NCBI GenBank assembly: GCA_964016885.1
Contig: OZ024743.1
Location: 280,922,001 to 280,986,000, forward strand
Source: Eledone cirrhosa
Lineage: Eukaryota
Length of the DNA: 64,000 bases
Reading direction: 5' to 3'
Under the pieces are notes generated by a model, which ran no database searches, was not told where the DNA came from, and saw only the letters and a list, made by a program, of their open reading frames with translations. The stretch's first letter is position 1. The number at the start of each line of letters is the position of its first letter. Below, one piece after another: positions 14,518 through 29,520 of the stretch. Made by a program: the position numbers and the translations under genes.

Positions 14518-17025
14518 CAAAAGGGATATTAAATTTGTTGGTAATTAAACAAATGTATGTTTATAACTGATTCAGAGCACTCGACAAGTTTTCTGGAGTA
14601 TAATATTCAATGATATTAAAAAAATGGAAACTATATTTGTAAAACCATATTTATTCTATTATATATATTTCAAGGGTACCAAAACGTTGGTACTCTCTCA
14701 TTAGATAAAATACAAAGTTTGTTTTATAAATTTTGACATAACCAAGAAAAGATACCTTAACGGTTCAAGTTTTTATTGGATAGTGAAGGAAAAGAGAAGA
14801 AAAGTCAGATATTTCAAATTATTAACATGAGTATGCAAATGAGGTTGAGGTATAGGGCTGAAAAAACGTTATTTTTAGACGCTATGCAGAATTTAAATAA
14901 TTAGGATATATGTATGTATAAGTAGAAATAGAAAAAATGAAAGAAGAGCTTGTATTTACGTTAATTTAAAAGGAATGAACAATTTGCGGGAATGGTGGAA
15001 TATAATTCCAGAATTTAAATTTATTTAGCTATTTTATGAGTTATAATATTATATATATAATCAATATGAAGAATTATGGTTGTAAGTAGATTTTATCTTA
15101 TTACATTACAATAGGTTGTAAGTATATAAATATCTATATAGATTAATAATTGTGCATGTATAAGTATTATTGAAATAGAAATAATTTACAATTATTAGTT
15201 GTTTACATTTTTAATATGAGTTACGAAGGAAGTTGATTTTGCATTTTACATAAAAAAAAACACGTAGTTCAAGTTGTAAGAGGAGAACAATTTGTAGATT
15301 CAAATATTTTGTTCCAACATTGAAAATGTTATATAGTTTATCATACATATCATATTATAATATAATGTTTATGTTTGCACGATTGAAAGGGAAAAGATAA
15401 CTCGAATCTTGTTGTTAACCGTTAAATTTGATGAATGATTTACTCAGAAAATATATAGAGAAAATTATATATTATTTTGTGTGAGATTAATTTCAATTAT
15501 ATATTATTTTAGTAGAAAGAGGAAAAAAGTAATGTGCATTTCGAAGAACTATCGTAAAGAGGATAAACTTTCAGAATGTCAATTAAAGATTATCAGTCTA
15601 CATCTAATAAAATATATTTAGAGGGGTATCATTAAGAAAATAATGTCAAATGGTAAAAATAGTAAAAAAATATTAAAAAATTAAAATATTTATGTCAAAT
15701 GGTAAAAATAGTAAAAATATTAAAAATTTAAGAAAGAAGATCATTTTAAAAAAATTAAATTTAAATTTTTAAAGTAAATAGGATCATTTTAAAGGTCTAT
15801 AAGATATAGTCAAGTGTAATGAATATCAAAAATTAAAAATACTTCTGAAAGTGGAACTTTGGCGATGTCTGCAACTAGAAAATAATTCTGTTTTAAGATT
15901 AATAGAGTTTTGACAGTTAATTATATAAAAAAAATGTCCTCGATACACAAGTTACAGAATCTTGAGAAAGCCATATTTCGGTATGCAGGTGCTTTCGAAA
16001 TCGTTCCCCAAGATATTGAATAGTCTATATTGTTGCCTTTTAAGTTCCAAATTAAATGTGAAAGTGAAAGATTTTTTATCGGATCTATTAAATGTGTGTT
16101 TATGGTTATACCAGCGTTCTTTGAATTTTGTAGAAGTGGCACCAATATAGTTAAATACTTTGTCTCTAGTTTTAACTGTGCATTTAAAAATTACGTTTTT
16201 GTCTAAACAATTATTTTGTAAAGGGCAGTTTCATTTAATTCATTTTCTGGAGTTGTTGTTATTCGTAACGGTACTATTATTCTGAATATTGTTGTTAGAA
16301 ATATTATTATTGCTATCTTGGTTTGTTTGGTTAGGGTTTAAATTTAAGTTTCTATTATTAATTCTATTTATATTTTGTGCTATGTTCATAGTAGTAGAGT
16401 AGGATAGTTTTATAGTGTGTCTGTTAAAAATAGAGTGGTATCTGTGGGCTTTAGGAAAACATTTATCTAGTGCTTTAAAAAATAGCTTTGCTAAAGGTGT
16501 TTTAACGCTTAATGAGAATGGGGGAGAGTACCAAATAATATTTCTAGTTCTAGTTTTTGTGTTTGGTTTAGTGTTTAAGTTAAATTGTTTATTATTATTA
16601 TTATTAATTCTAGGATGATTTGTCATGTTATTGTTATCTATGTATTTAATTTTATTCGAGTATCCTGCTCTATGTAAAGATTCATTGTAATATTCTGCCT
16701 TATCATCAAAAATATTTTTATTAGCAGAGATGCGTGAAATCCGTTGTTGGACACTATTGACAATACTGTTTTTTTATATTTCTAGGATGATTAGAATTGA
16801 AACTTACGTAATTTAGATTTTCGTTAATTGTATGGAATGGATAGTAAAGACCTGTGCTAAGGTTTAAGGTTACATCTAAGAAGTTAACGATTTTGTAATT
16901 ATTCTCGATTTCTAAATTAAGGCTGTAGTTGTTGAAAAATTGTATTATGGATTTCCTTTTCCTATTAATTTCACTATTGCTATGGTTTTCAATTAAAAAT
17001 AACATATCGTCGCGATATAAACCTC
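14517..17025 (-). mobile_element. 5'-truncated Penelope-like element (Naiad-like): RT C-terminus, thumb, linker, GIY-YIG, long 3' UTR with HHR; decayed
   Basis: GLYRDD (YRDD at 17006-17017), VNFLDVTLNL, SNHP, RNIIWYSPPFS..FNRHTIKLSYS, CPLQNNCL..VIFKC..YIGATSTKFKERWYNHKHTF, CNLC; right-hand boundary is an inversion, left end abuts (TA)n. Confidence 0.9.
14652..14712 (-). ncRNA. Degenerate hammerhead (G5>A) at 3' end of the Naiad-like element
   Basis: Minus: TATTTTAT-CTAATGA-GAGAGTACCAA(CGTT)TTGGTACCCTT-GAAA-TATATA-TA-ATAGAATA. Confidence 0.65.
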
Positions 17026-17030
17026 TGTTT

Positions 17031-17425
<395 letters not shown>

Positions 17426-17615
17426 ACAGGCAGAAAAAGACGATTATTAGGAAGAAAAAAAAATGTTTCCATTTTTATTTATTTCTCTCTTTTTTCTGGG
17501 TTAGAAAATGATTAACACGAAATATTTTACTTTGTGTGAAATGTTAAGGTATTAGTTGATTTATTTATTAATTAACAATCGCATTTATTTATTTATTTAT
17601 ATATTTAATAATTGT

Positions 17616-17657
17616 CTATTACCGGTTTCAGCATTTTTATGCATTATCAAATGATAG
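17616..17657 (-). ncRNA. Minimal hammerhead variant (U3-A8, U.U stem II base)
   Basis: Minus: CTATCAT-TTGATAA-T-GCAT(AAAA)ATGC-T-GAAA-CCGG-TA-ATAG; stem I weak. Confidence 0.55.
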
Positions 17658-17810
17658 TGATATGTATTGGTGTAGAATGGTGGTGTTGGACATGTTAAAG
17701 AAATGGTGCAGAAAGAATGATGTTATTTACAAAATATCAGTTTCTTTTCCTTTTTACTAATATATATATATAAAGGATAGATTGAAAACACACACACATC
17801 CACACACATC

Positions 17811-17850
<40 letters not shown>

Positions 17851-18567
17851 GATGTGTGTGTGCGTGTGTGTGTGTTTTCAATCTATCCTTTTTGTAATGT
17901 TCACACACACACACACACACATTGTAACGCTATTCCTATGTATTTCTGACCTTTCTTTAAAACAATTGTAATTGTTATGTTATTTGACATTAGACCTGAA
18001 TCGACACTGGATCAAATATTATCAAGTCCTGTAGCCTACCACTAGGTCTACGGCACCTGCATAATATACTGGAAAATACGTTAAGCCCTACACTCATTGA
18101 TTTGCATTCTGAATCTCCACGCCGACGCCGCTGTAGTCGTAGTATTGGTGGTATTGTTGTTTAGGATAAAATAGTTCTTCCTTTTCCAGAAGACTTGCTT
18201 GAGAAGACGTTTCAAATATTTCAGCCAGGCAATCAGAATACACACACACACACACATACACACACACACACATACACACACACATACACACATACACGCA
18301 CAACATACACAATCGCACACACACACGCGCGCATACACACAGCACATACACATAAATATATATATATATATATTTATATTAATAGATATGACAAATACAT
18401 ATTTGTAGATATACATTACTTGGTTAAAAAAATATATATATATATAGGCATGGGTGTTTGTTCTAATATTTATGCATATATACACATATACATGCGCACA
18501 CAAACACCCCCACATATATATATATATATACAAATATATATATACAAATATATAGATATATATAGAT

Positions 18568-18681
<114 letters not shown>

Positions 18682-19285
18682 ACGTACACACTATAAGCTG
18701 TTTAGGCCATCACCATCACCAACAACAACAACACCTTAACAGAAAACTACTCGCTATCATCAACACTACCACCACCACCACAACCACCAACACCAACACT
18801 AACACCACCAACACTAACACCACCAACACCAACACCACCATGATCACCAACAGACATATCGCTGCAGTTAACACAAACACAGACACAATTGCAATCACCT
18901 ACAGCAGCACTTGCACAACAACATCAACAACAACAACAGCAGCAGCAGCAGCAGCAGCAGCAACAGCAGTATCAGCAGCAGAACCAGAAGAAGCATCAGC
19001 CACCATTGTAACTACGGCCTCAACTGCCACTAACAATAGCGTCACTTCCAAGTACACAATCGCTGTTTGATTCATTATGTTTGAGTAGTTGGACACATCC
19101 ACCCAGTCATTTGGAACGAAAGTAGACATCCGGGTATTTTCGCTTCCAAATCTGATTTTATTGTTATTATATTTTCTTCTGCCTCATAACTCTGTTGCTA
19201 TTACTAAATACGCTTGTAGTTCTTCTGTGTTGGCGTGTTATATTAGATATTGGTATATTTGATATGTAGGTTATAACTATATACG

Positions 19286-19329
<44 letters not shown>

Positions 19330-19392
19330 TGTATATATAAATATGTGTGTGTGTGTTTGTGTATGTGTGTGTGTATAAAGACACATACACAC

Positions 19393-19501
<109 letters not shown>

Positions 19502-19567
19502 TATTTATACATATATATATATACATATATATATATATATTTATACATATATATATGTATATATATA

Positions 19568-19644
<77 letters not shown>

Positions 19645-19886
19645 TATAGATATAGATATATATATGTATGTATACATATATATATGTATATGTATGCATA
19701 TATATATGTATATGTGTATATGAGTATATTTGTGTGTGTAGGAATAAATTTGAAGAGAGAACAAATACTGCCTGAGAGAGAGAAGTAAAATTCCTTTTTA
19801 GTATATGCTTCATGTTGTTATGCCGTCAATTACGTTTATGGCTGTAGTCACGTGACAATGTTTGGCCATAGTAACAAACAACAATA

Positions 19887-19934
<48 letters not shown>

Positions 19935-19982
19935 AGTGTGTATACAGTGCGAGGTCTAGAAAGACCACAGATCATGGTAGTA

Positions 19983-20013
<31 letters not shown>

Positions 20014-20014
20014 C

Positions 20015-20090
<76 letters not shown>

Positions 20091-20581
20091 CTCATATTAC
20101 GAATTTCCTTGATCGGAATACGGCCACGCCGAGGCATTGCCGCTATGCGTTTGTAGTCGAATATATTGAATCCAATAATTTTTGGGGTAGTGTTGGGGAT
20201 ACTTATTTAATCGATTTATGGAGAGAAAAGACAAATTCATCATTTGCATATAATCAAACAGCACAATTATTCAGTATCAATTGTCTATTATAGTTCCATT
20301 AACATCTGGAATACTTTGTAGTGAACTAATACTTTCTTTCATCAACCTCGGAATAATGGTTTCTCATTTAGTCGCAAAGCCAATACTTTTAGGGGAAGGG
20401 AAAGTCGATTAAATCAACCCCAGTGCATTACTGGGATTTTGTTTTATTGACACCGTAAGGATGAAAGGTAAATCTAACTTCGGAGGGTTTTGAACTCAAA
20501 ATGTAAAGGACCGTAATTCTATACCGCAAAGCATGTTTTCCGACGCTCTCCTGATAATGCCAAAGTTGATGTTTGTAACAT

Positions 20582-20636
<55 letters not shown>

Positions 20637-20658
20637 GAAGAAGAAGAAGAAGAAGAAG

Positions 20659-20689
<31 letters not shown>

Positions 20690-21151
20690 CTTGTAACACA
20701 CTTAGTCAATGATATGCAAAGTCGAATTTGAAAGAAAATACGCCAAGTTAAGCTTTTAAGCCAATATATGATGGCTAAAGGAAAATAACGTTAAATAGCA
20801 TAAAATGGAAGATCCATGAACAAGATATGATGAGAATAAATTACTACTATTAGTCGTATACGACAGAAAATACTATAACACTGAACAGCTAACGACTTCA
20901 CAGAAATACTTGCATATTCTTTGCGAAGTTTTCAGATGCCGTCCTTTTCTCAATTTCTGGTACACAACATGAGATAAGAAACCTATCAAGGTCTCTTTTA
21001 GATAAGCAACCTATCAAGGTCTCTTCTCGTTCTCAAGACTACACGTATAAAACTTTCCAAATCCAACAGTTCCCATACAATATTTGATTTCTGAATAACT
21101 TATACCACTTGGGATATAATTGAAATCATCGTGTATCAATTCAATAAACAC

Positions 21152-21354
21152 TACGAGGGTTGGCTGAAAAGATCATAGGCTTACCAAGATATTCTCATGG
21201 AATGACCAAATGAGGTTTATTTTTCAACATAGCCTCTAAAAAGAAACAATTCAGTTATTAATAAGAAGAGTTGAAATTAATGCATGGAATATTTCACAGC
21301 TCTAGCATCAATCCTTCATAGTCAGCAATACGAGCTTTTCAGTCGACCATAGTA
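21152..21354. mobile_element. Mariner-type MITE
   Basis: TACGAGGGTTGGCTGAAAAG ... CTTTTCAGTCGACCATAGTA imperfect TIRs with TA ends; related element at 37901-38118. Confidence 0.6.
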
Positions 21355-21510
21355 CTTCTTGTTTGAAAGTTTTGAATATTGTAAAAATATATATTTATTC
21401 AATGGAATTAACCGTCTGAAATAAGCTGTTTTGTAAATGCAAGATGACAGGAAGTGGCGGCCTTCATAGTTGGCGCCAATATGTTATTTGAAATGAAAAA
21501 ATATGCCTGA

Positions 21511-21590
<80 letters not shown>

Positions 21591-21688
21591 AAGGGGGATC
21601 TGGCATCTCCGAACTATGTTTGAGCGAGACCCTCGAGATACTAAGAGGTGGAAGCAGCCTGATAAACCTAAGGACCGACTTCTTCGAG

Positions 21689-21979
21689 ACATGTAGACAC
21701 CTCAGGGCTGGGACCTTCCTAAAGCTATATGGACAGTAACAATACACTGGGGTGTGAACTCCCCTCAAGCTATAGGGACTTCTCCAGAACATGTAGACAC
21801 CTCAGGGCCGGGACCTCCCTAAAGCTATATGGACAGCAACAACACCATAGGTTGGGAACTCCCCTCAAGCTATAGGGACCCATCCGGGACGTGCAGACAC
21901 CTCAGGGCCGCGACCTTCCTCAGGCTATATGGATAATAACAAAATATTGGGATGGGAACTTCCCTCTAGATTTAGGGAC
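21689..21979. repeat. 100-bp tandem repeat x3
   Basis: AC(A/G)TG(T/C)AGACACCTCAGGGC starts at 21689, 21789, 21889. Confidence 0.9.
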
Positions 21980-23184
21980 AGCAGCCCCACCATACCACTG
22001 CCTCGATCGACCCCTGTGACAACACATACTTATGCATATGTCCATACATAGATACTGTTATTTAAGATTGTATATGCACAGATACCTACATGTGTGTGTG
22101 CGGGTGTGTGGGTGTGCGTGGGCATGAGGGTGTGTGTGTACGTGTGTGTATGCGGGTGTGGGTGTGTAGGATTATAGTGTGTGTGTGTCTGTATGGATAT
22201 GTGTGTGGGCGTGTGTGGGGGTGTGGGGGTGCTTAGGGGATGCACCTGGGCCTGTGTCTGTGCGTGTGTGCTTGGAACGATGTGAGTTGACATACACGCA
22301 TGGGAGCTCCATGCCAAAATGGGAACTGTAGTCCTCTGCATTTCCGGATTTTAACACCCGGGTTATGGGGTATTACACCCCACCCTTGTCTCATTTGCTC
22401 TTAAAACGCACCACACCATGATAGTCTAAAGATTGATTCTGACACAGCCTTTCTAATTCGGTCAACATCTTCCAAATCTTTCTAACTTTGAGGTTGGTTA
22501 TAACACACACACATTTTATTTGATTATCTTATTTTATTCTTTCATTATCTTATTCCTTCTACCATTTTATCACTTTTTTGTTTATTTATTTGCTTATTTT
22601 ATTTTATTTTACTCTATTTTACTTTTTTATTTCTTTATTTTATTCTGATTTGTTAGTCTTTTACCTTTTCATTTCATTTTTATTTTTTATTTTTTTCATT
22701 TTATTGCCTTGTATTTCCCCATTTTACTGTATCTTATTTCTTAATATGCTTGGCAGAAACCCCCCCCCCCCCCCCGCGCACCACCACCACCACCACCACG
22801 AGAAATGGTGGCAGGATTGATGCCAACACACACACACACAGATCCTTCTAAAATTAGCAGCAGCCGGACTTAAGCTGACCTCAGCACCAACACCACTACC
22901 AACATAAGCGAAGAGGTCAGATGTACTTAACAATAACAAAAACAACCACTACAGATTACCTCGCCTCAGAAAGAATTTCTATAGACTTTTGACTGAGGAA
23001 TGTTCTCACAACTGACCAATGGGAGGAAAGGATGTTCTTTGACGCCGAAATTCGTTTGTTTGAATTCATATGATTCCAGTTCCTCAGAGAAATAACAACC
23101 CAACCAGGAACTGGGTATATCAGAGTATTGACGAAGTTAAACACCTCAACAACATGTGTACCCGTCTCTACCACACTAATTCGG

Positions 23185-23239
23185 ACTGCCTGAAGAGGTC
23201 ACAGCCAAAGATGGCTGTCACAGAAATATATATACCAGT
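23185..23239 (+). ncRNA. Minimal type I hammerhead (same family as 50008/50310)
   Basis: ACTGC-CTGAAGA-GGTCACAGCCA(AAGA)TGGCTGTCACA-GAAA-TATATA-TA-CCAGT. Confidence 0.65.
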
Positions 23240-23936
23240 AATAAACGAAGCCAAATTTTAAATATTTGACTTATTTATTTTATTTTACATTACTCCGGAG
23301 TAACCAAACCAACCTGCGCACTTCGTCGAGTGCTCCATTCTGCATACTAGGTTGTCGGTAAACAACCAACATATACTCAACAACAAAAAAAAAAAAATAT
23401 ATATATATATATATATATCATCATCATCATCATCATCATCAACGTTTAACGTCCGTGTTCCACGCTTGCATGGGTTTGGACGGGGGTTTTCCCACTTGAG
23501 GCAAGAGTGATTGTCTTGCTCGCATAGGACTGTCTGGCGGGTTTTCTACAGCTGCATGCCCTTCCTAACACCAACCACATTTACAGTGTGGGGCTGGGAG
23601 GTTTTTACCGTGTTGCCTACACGGCCACATTACAGTGTGGACTGTGTGTTTTTTTGTCGTGACACCTACACGATCTCATTTGTTTCGGCCTGGATGTTGT
23701 GGCACCAACATAACTTTACATTGAAAGGGGCGGTGTGGATGGGGTGGGGGGTGGGACGGGGGTGTATTTTGTTAGAGATGCCTACTGACTGTAGTAGGTT
23801 TTACTTTGTATATATATATATATATATACATTTATAAATATTAAGTTGTTAAACAATATTCGATGATTATGTCAAAGAATGAGTTTTACAGTGGATTGGA
23901 AGCACTCAATAGAAAAATAATTTTCAGTAGTTTTTA

Positions 23937-24213
23937 ATATTAAAATATAAGTATTAATAAAATAGATGTTCTTTTGATCAATTACATTTTATTTACATAT
24001 TTCGGATGTACAACAGTACGTCCTCATCAGACAAAATATAATGATACATGACATACCCTTAGATTTAAATCTTAACCATTTAACATCTAAGGGTATGTCA
24101 TGTATCATTATATTTTGTCTGATGAGGACGTACTGTTGTACATCCGAAATATGTATAATAAAATGTAATTGATCAAAAGAACATCTATTTTATTAATACT
24201 TATATTTTAATAT
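23937..24213. repeat. ~128-bp-arm fold-back carrying a hammerhead in each arm (- 23983-24040; + 24109-24167)
   Basis: Plus arm: TATATTTTGT-CTGATGA-GGACGTAC(TGTT)GTACATCC-GAAA-TATGTA-TA|ATAAAATGTA; 20-nt spacer 24065-24084. Confidence 0.85.
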
Positions 24214-24240
24214 ACATTTATATATATATATATGTGTTGT

Positions 24241-24309
<69 letters not shown>

Positions 24310-24834
24310 TGTGTGCACGCGCGCGCGTGTGTGTGTTTGTGTAAAGGAGCACATGTTTAGAAGACGGTAGAGATTTGAATATGAAAATTCTATTGGACTA
24401 GTATCTTTTTACTACAGAGAATAATCTAATAACAGGGCGTATGTACCTCAGAACGGGGGAAGTGGACACCAGCGTACGTTCCGGGTTGTATATGCCCTGT
24501 TATAAACTATTTTCTGTAATAAAAAAAAATCGGCGGAAGCTACTAGCCCAATTCAAGGTTGAAATTCTTACGATCATACAGGCGGGGGGCCGACCGTCGA
24601 AGAAACAACCCCACGCATTCGGCCGGCTCCCCTGTATCATGAAAAGAAAATTTTTTCGGGGAAATTATTGGATTTTCCCAAATTTAAAGGTTTCTTAGGA
24701 ACTTTCAATGTTTATTTTACGTTTTGCAGTCTGAAGAGCTGAGGCTATCATAGCTGATAGTGCTCAGTGGAATATGTATAACGGAATTTTAAATAAATCT
24801 GAATCAACTGAATATGTCCTCCGATCTTTTATTA

Positions 24835-24933
<99 letters not shown>

Positions 24934-25319
24934 GCGTCTTTTACGTGAGTTTGATTTCTTAGATTCAAAAAGCGAGTTGTACTTGCAATTGAAAGGGTCA
25001 GCCATATCACAAACAGTGTTACGCTGAATCTCCCTGAGAACTACGTTAAAAGTACTCGTGTCTATAGAATGCTTAACCACTTGCACGGGCAGGCTGTTTT
25101 ACTAGTTCTACTTGCTCAAAATGTTGATGCCGTTTCTTTTCCCACATGGTTTCAGCCAACACTCGTATATATTTAGTGACACGCATGCTTAAAATCAGTC
25201 TCAGTGTATATACTTCAAACATGCCAAATGAAATAATTGAAAGTAGGTTGAAGAAAGGTGCCTATTATAAAAATGATTGAAAGTAAGATTATGTGTGTGT
25301 GTGTCTGTTTGTGAGTCCA

Positions 25320-25423
<104 letters not shown>

Positions 25424-25452
25424 GTCCAGAAATAGCCGTCGGGGTCATACTT

Positions 25453-25592
<140 letters not shown>

Positions 25593-26061
25593 CATATAAC
25601 GAAAAACGTGTTCTAAACTCCTATTTTCACTAGTGAAATTTCCATAAAAATCACGTCTTTATTTTATTTCCTCTTGTTTAGGTAATCAGGTGCAAAATCT
25701 TGTGATATTATGTTATTTGTGATATCTCTTGATATCCCCACTTCTTATACATATATTATATGCTTTTATTCTTTTAGTTGCTCAATTCAGCCACTGGAAA
25801 GTGGCAATACCTGAACATTGCATTGAAGATATTTTTTTTTTTCACCGTTTATATCGACTCAAGTACATTGTCTGATACTTATGTTATCGATTTCGGCAAA
25901 AGACGAAAGGCAAAGTCAACTCAGCGTAAAAAATGACAAACAAAACGGATCGAAATATCACAAGGTAATTTTTCTTTCACTACCTCCTCGATATATTCCT
26001 CATTGGCGCCAATATATTCATGAACACACAGATTTACATACATATGTAGATAGATGGATAT

Positions 26062-26136
<75 letters not shown>

Positions 26137-26255
26137 AGATGGAGGGGAAGGGAGAGATTGATATATATATATATATGCGTGTGTGTGTGTGTGGACCACC
26201 ATTGAAAAAGGTAGTCAATACGTTAGTGGAGTATAGGGATATTTATTATAGAAAT

Positions 26256-26306
26256 GTCTTCTACAGGACTAGAACTGTTTCATTCGTAAGAAATCAACAG
26301 GAAAGT
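26256..26306 (-). ncRNA. Hammerhead family B copy with A6>U change
   Basis: Minus: CTTTC-CTGTTGA-TTTC(TTAC)GAAT-GAAACAG(TTCTAGTC)CTGTA-GAAG. Confidence 0.55.
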
Positions 26307-26311
26307 CCATG

Positions 26312-26354
<43 letters not shown>

Positions 26355-26781
26355 ATTTGAAATGTGTGCGTCCTAACAAAAATGACAATGATAATAGTCA
26401 ATCCCTGTGAATAACAGTTGAGAAAATCGGCTAAAATCACTGCCTGCGGTGATTCAAAATCTCTTGGATTCCGCAAGAGTACGTTAACTACTACACTAAA
26501 GAGTCGGTGGCTACAGATTTCATCCTTTTAGATTATAAACCTGTAGCTAAAGATGAAAGAAATTGGTTGCCGGTGATTATTTAGTATAGCAGTTAACGTA
26601 CTCACCTGGCATCCGAAAGATGCAGGTTTCTATTCTTCTCAGGTGCGTCTGTTCAATTCTTCCATCACCAGGAGTATTTTCCCCGGTTTTCTCAGCAATT
26701 ATTATTATGATCATTTGTGTTGGGAAGCAAACATTTCATATTTTCCAAATGCTTCATACGTCAGCTAGTATATACACATAT

Positions 26782-27278
26782 ATACAGAGTGCGTGGAAAG
26801 AAATTCTGTATTGGTAAATGAAGAACATTTTTGGCCTACTGTGACCACTAGTGACATCAATGACTTCATATTCATGTGAGGTGGGAGACCCTTTTTCATT
26901 TTGAACACACTATCCGTCACAAGCTTGATGTCAAGTTTTCTAGACGCTGAATGTGTAATCGAGGTCCACATGAATTGCCAGCAAGATGCCCTAACTTAAC
27001 GCCATGCAATTTTTTCCTGTGTGTGTGGGCGAAGGAAGAAGCTTATAGCACAAAACCAACAACTCAATTAGAGGAACGCATTCGTCATGTACTGACCAAC
27101 GTACCGTTTAAGTTCCTGATAAAGTCAGTCGAGGATATATCCAAACCATTACAAACACTGGTAGACAATGCTGGTGACTATGTAGAGTTTTGACACTGTA
27201 CGTTTACCATTATACTGTTCAAAATAAAATGTTTTATGAAAATAGTCCATAATTAATAACGCTATTGGCACTTTAAAG

Positions 27279-27280
<2 letters not shown>
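26782..27280 (+). mobile_element. Tc1/mariner-superfamily transposase C-terminal remnant
   Basis: ORF 26951-27193 LPARCPNLTPCNFFLCVWAKEEAYSTKP..LEERI resembles WPxRSPDLTPxDFFLWGxxKxxVY. Confidence 0.75.
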
Positions 27281-27309
<29 letters not shown>

Positions 27310-27310
27310 T

Positions 27311-27347
<37 letters not shown>

Positions 27348-27377
27348 GTATATAATATATATACATATATACATATG

Positions 27378-27592
27378 AAGGCGTGTGGCTGAGTGGTTAG
27401 AGAATTGGATTCGCAATCGTAAGGTTGTGAGTTCGATTCCTGGACCAGGCGATGCGTTATGTCCTTGAACAAGACACTTTATTTCACGTTGCTCCTTCTA
27501 CCTGGAGTTGCGACCGATAGATAGTATTAGCAATTGGAAAGACCAACGGAAACATTGTTCCCTCGGTCCGATTTGACGATAGTCGATCGTTC
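27378..27592 (+). mobile_element. Second tRNA-derived SINE family (copy also at 32105-32322)
   Basis: A box TGGCTGAGTGG, B box GTTCGATTCC, then GTCCTTGA(A/G)CAAGACACTTTATTTCACGTTGCTCC. Confidence 0.85.
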
Positions 27593-27599
27593 CTATATA

Positions 27600-27631
<32 letters not shown>

Positions 27632-28240
27632 CATGGTGGCTGCCAACTCGTTTTCGAGTACGGCCACTACTTTATATCCATGTAGGAGAACCCCTACCGA
27701 TGCGCTGAACGAGTGTGACTTTTTAGTCCAGCCAGCGACTTGAAAACTCTGGTACAAACACTACACTTGTGACAATTACTGACACATAGTGCTGGGCCCA
27801 TGGTACCATGTGACGACAAGTGCAGAGAGATCTCCAGATATAAAGCAATGCCTGTGCCGTGAAGCTTTTATAGTGAGCAAAGGCACTGCACAAAGCCAGT
27901 CCCACTCTCTTAACCAAGATGATATTTACCAAAAAGAAGAACAAGTCAACATCATTGGATACCATCAGGGTTGCAGGTGTTATATCAGAGTTTTCCTTCT
28001 CCTAGAATTCTGCCTTGACAAAGGCTAAGGGGTCATCTCTCCCGGTGATTTTGGATGGCCATTGACTCTTAAGAGCTCCTTTGCCCTTTGACAGGTTTTG
28101 TTTTTAGTCCTGCAGGATGTCCAAAGTCACCCTCCTCACCAAGAAACCTTGGTGGGGTTGCCAGTTTAGTCGCCAACGACCCGACCATGGGACAGGTTGT
28201 ACTGGGATACATGTTACCAGTAGCACCAACTGGTGACCAT
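27632..28240 (-). mobile_element. Internally deleted RTE-type element (5' UTR + C2H2-finger 3' end); partial copies 28394-28600 and 49440-49795
   Basis: Minus strand has GGAGAAGGAAAACTCTGA UTR motif and encodes CSVCTRVFKSLAGLKSHTRSAH*; (TATG)n at both ends. Confidence 0.7.
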
Positions 28241-28267
28241 ACATACATATATACATACATACATATA

Positions 28268-28299
<32 letters not shown>

Positions 28300-28339
28300 C
28301 ATATACATACATACATATATATATACATACATACACACA

Positions 28340-28373
<34 letters not shown>

Positions 28374-29200
28374 CATACATACATATATATATACATGGTG
28401 GCTGCCAACTCGTTTTCGAGTACGGCCACTACTTTATATCCATGTAGGAGAACCCCTACCGATGCGCTGAACGAGTGTGACTTTTTAGTCCAGCCAGTGA
28501 CTTGAAAACTCTGGTACAAACACTACACTTGTGACAATTACTGACACATAGTGCTGGGCCCATGGTACCATGTGACGACAAGTGCAGAGAGATCTCCAGA
28601 TATATATATACATACATGTATATATATAATATTATACACACACAAGTATATATATATATATACATGTATGTATGTATATATATATGTGTGTGTGTAAATG
28701 TGTGTAATTGGGTGTGTGTGTGTGTGTATGCGTGTTTGCTTGTGTGTGTGAGAATGCATGTATGTAGTTGTACGTGTTTCTAAACAAAATTAAAAACAAA
28801 TTATAAACAGAAAAAGAAACGGGTCATGAAGTCATAGTTACACCATATCTCCCCAGAAAGAAAAGTAACGACAGAAAGTTATAAGAGCCCAGTTTTTTTT
28901 TTTTTTTTTTTGGTCGACCCCAAAAATATGAAAGGTAAATTTGACCTGGGTAAGATTTAATCTCAGAGTGCAGAGAGCCAGAAAAAAATACCAAAGAATT
29001 TAATCTGATGTTCTAACAACTCTGCCAGTTTACTGCCAATTTACTGCCTTAAACAGCAAGTAAATTTAATTGAAAAAAAATATCTCTGTACCAAGATGGA
29101 CTGAATTTTTAATGGACAGAAATATACTGACGGACGGTAACATCGAAATTTTGTTGGAATTGGTTTTCAAATAGTACGTGAGTATGTGTGTGTGTGTGTC

Positions 29201-29270
<70 letters not shown>

Positions 29271-29442
29271 TATGTGTCTATGTGTGTGTGTCTATGTGTG
29301 TGTCTATGTGTGTGTCTATGTGTGTGTCTATGTGTGTGTGCCTGTGTATAGGTGTGTGTTTATGTTTGTGTGCATTCCTTTATATAATCGCAAATACTCA
29401 TAGTGATAGGATAGAGATAGATAGGTAGGTAGAAAGATAGGT

Positions 29443-29520
<78 letters not shown>

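Noticed and set aside
24433-24633. GC-rich island with CAGGG..CCCTG ends as a MITE
   Set aside because: Terminal complementarity too short and no clear target duplication
27378-27450. tRNA gene
   Set aside because: tRNA-like head continues into a SINE body repeated at 32105; no proper acceptor stem
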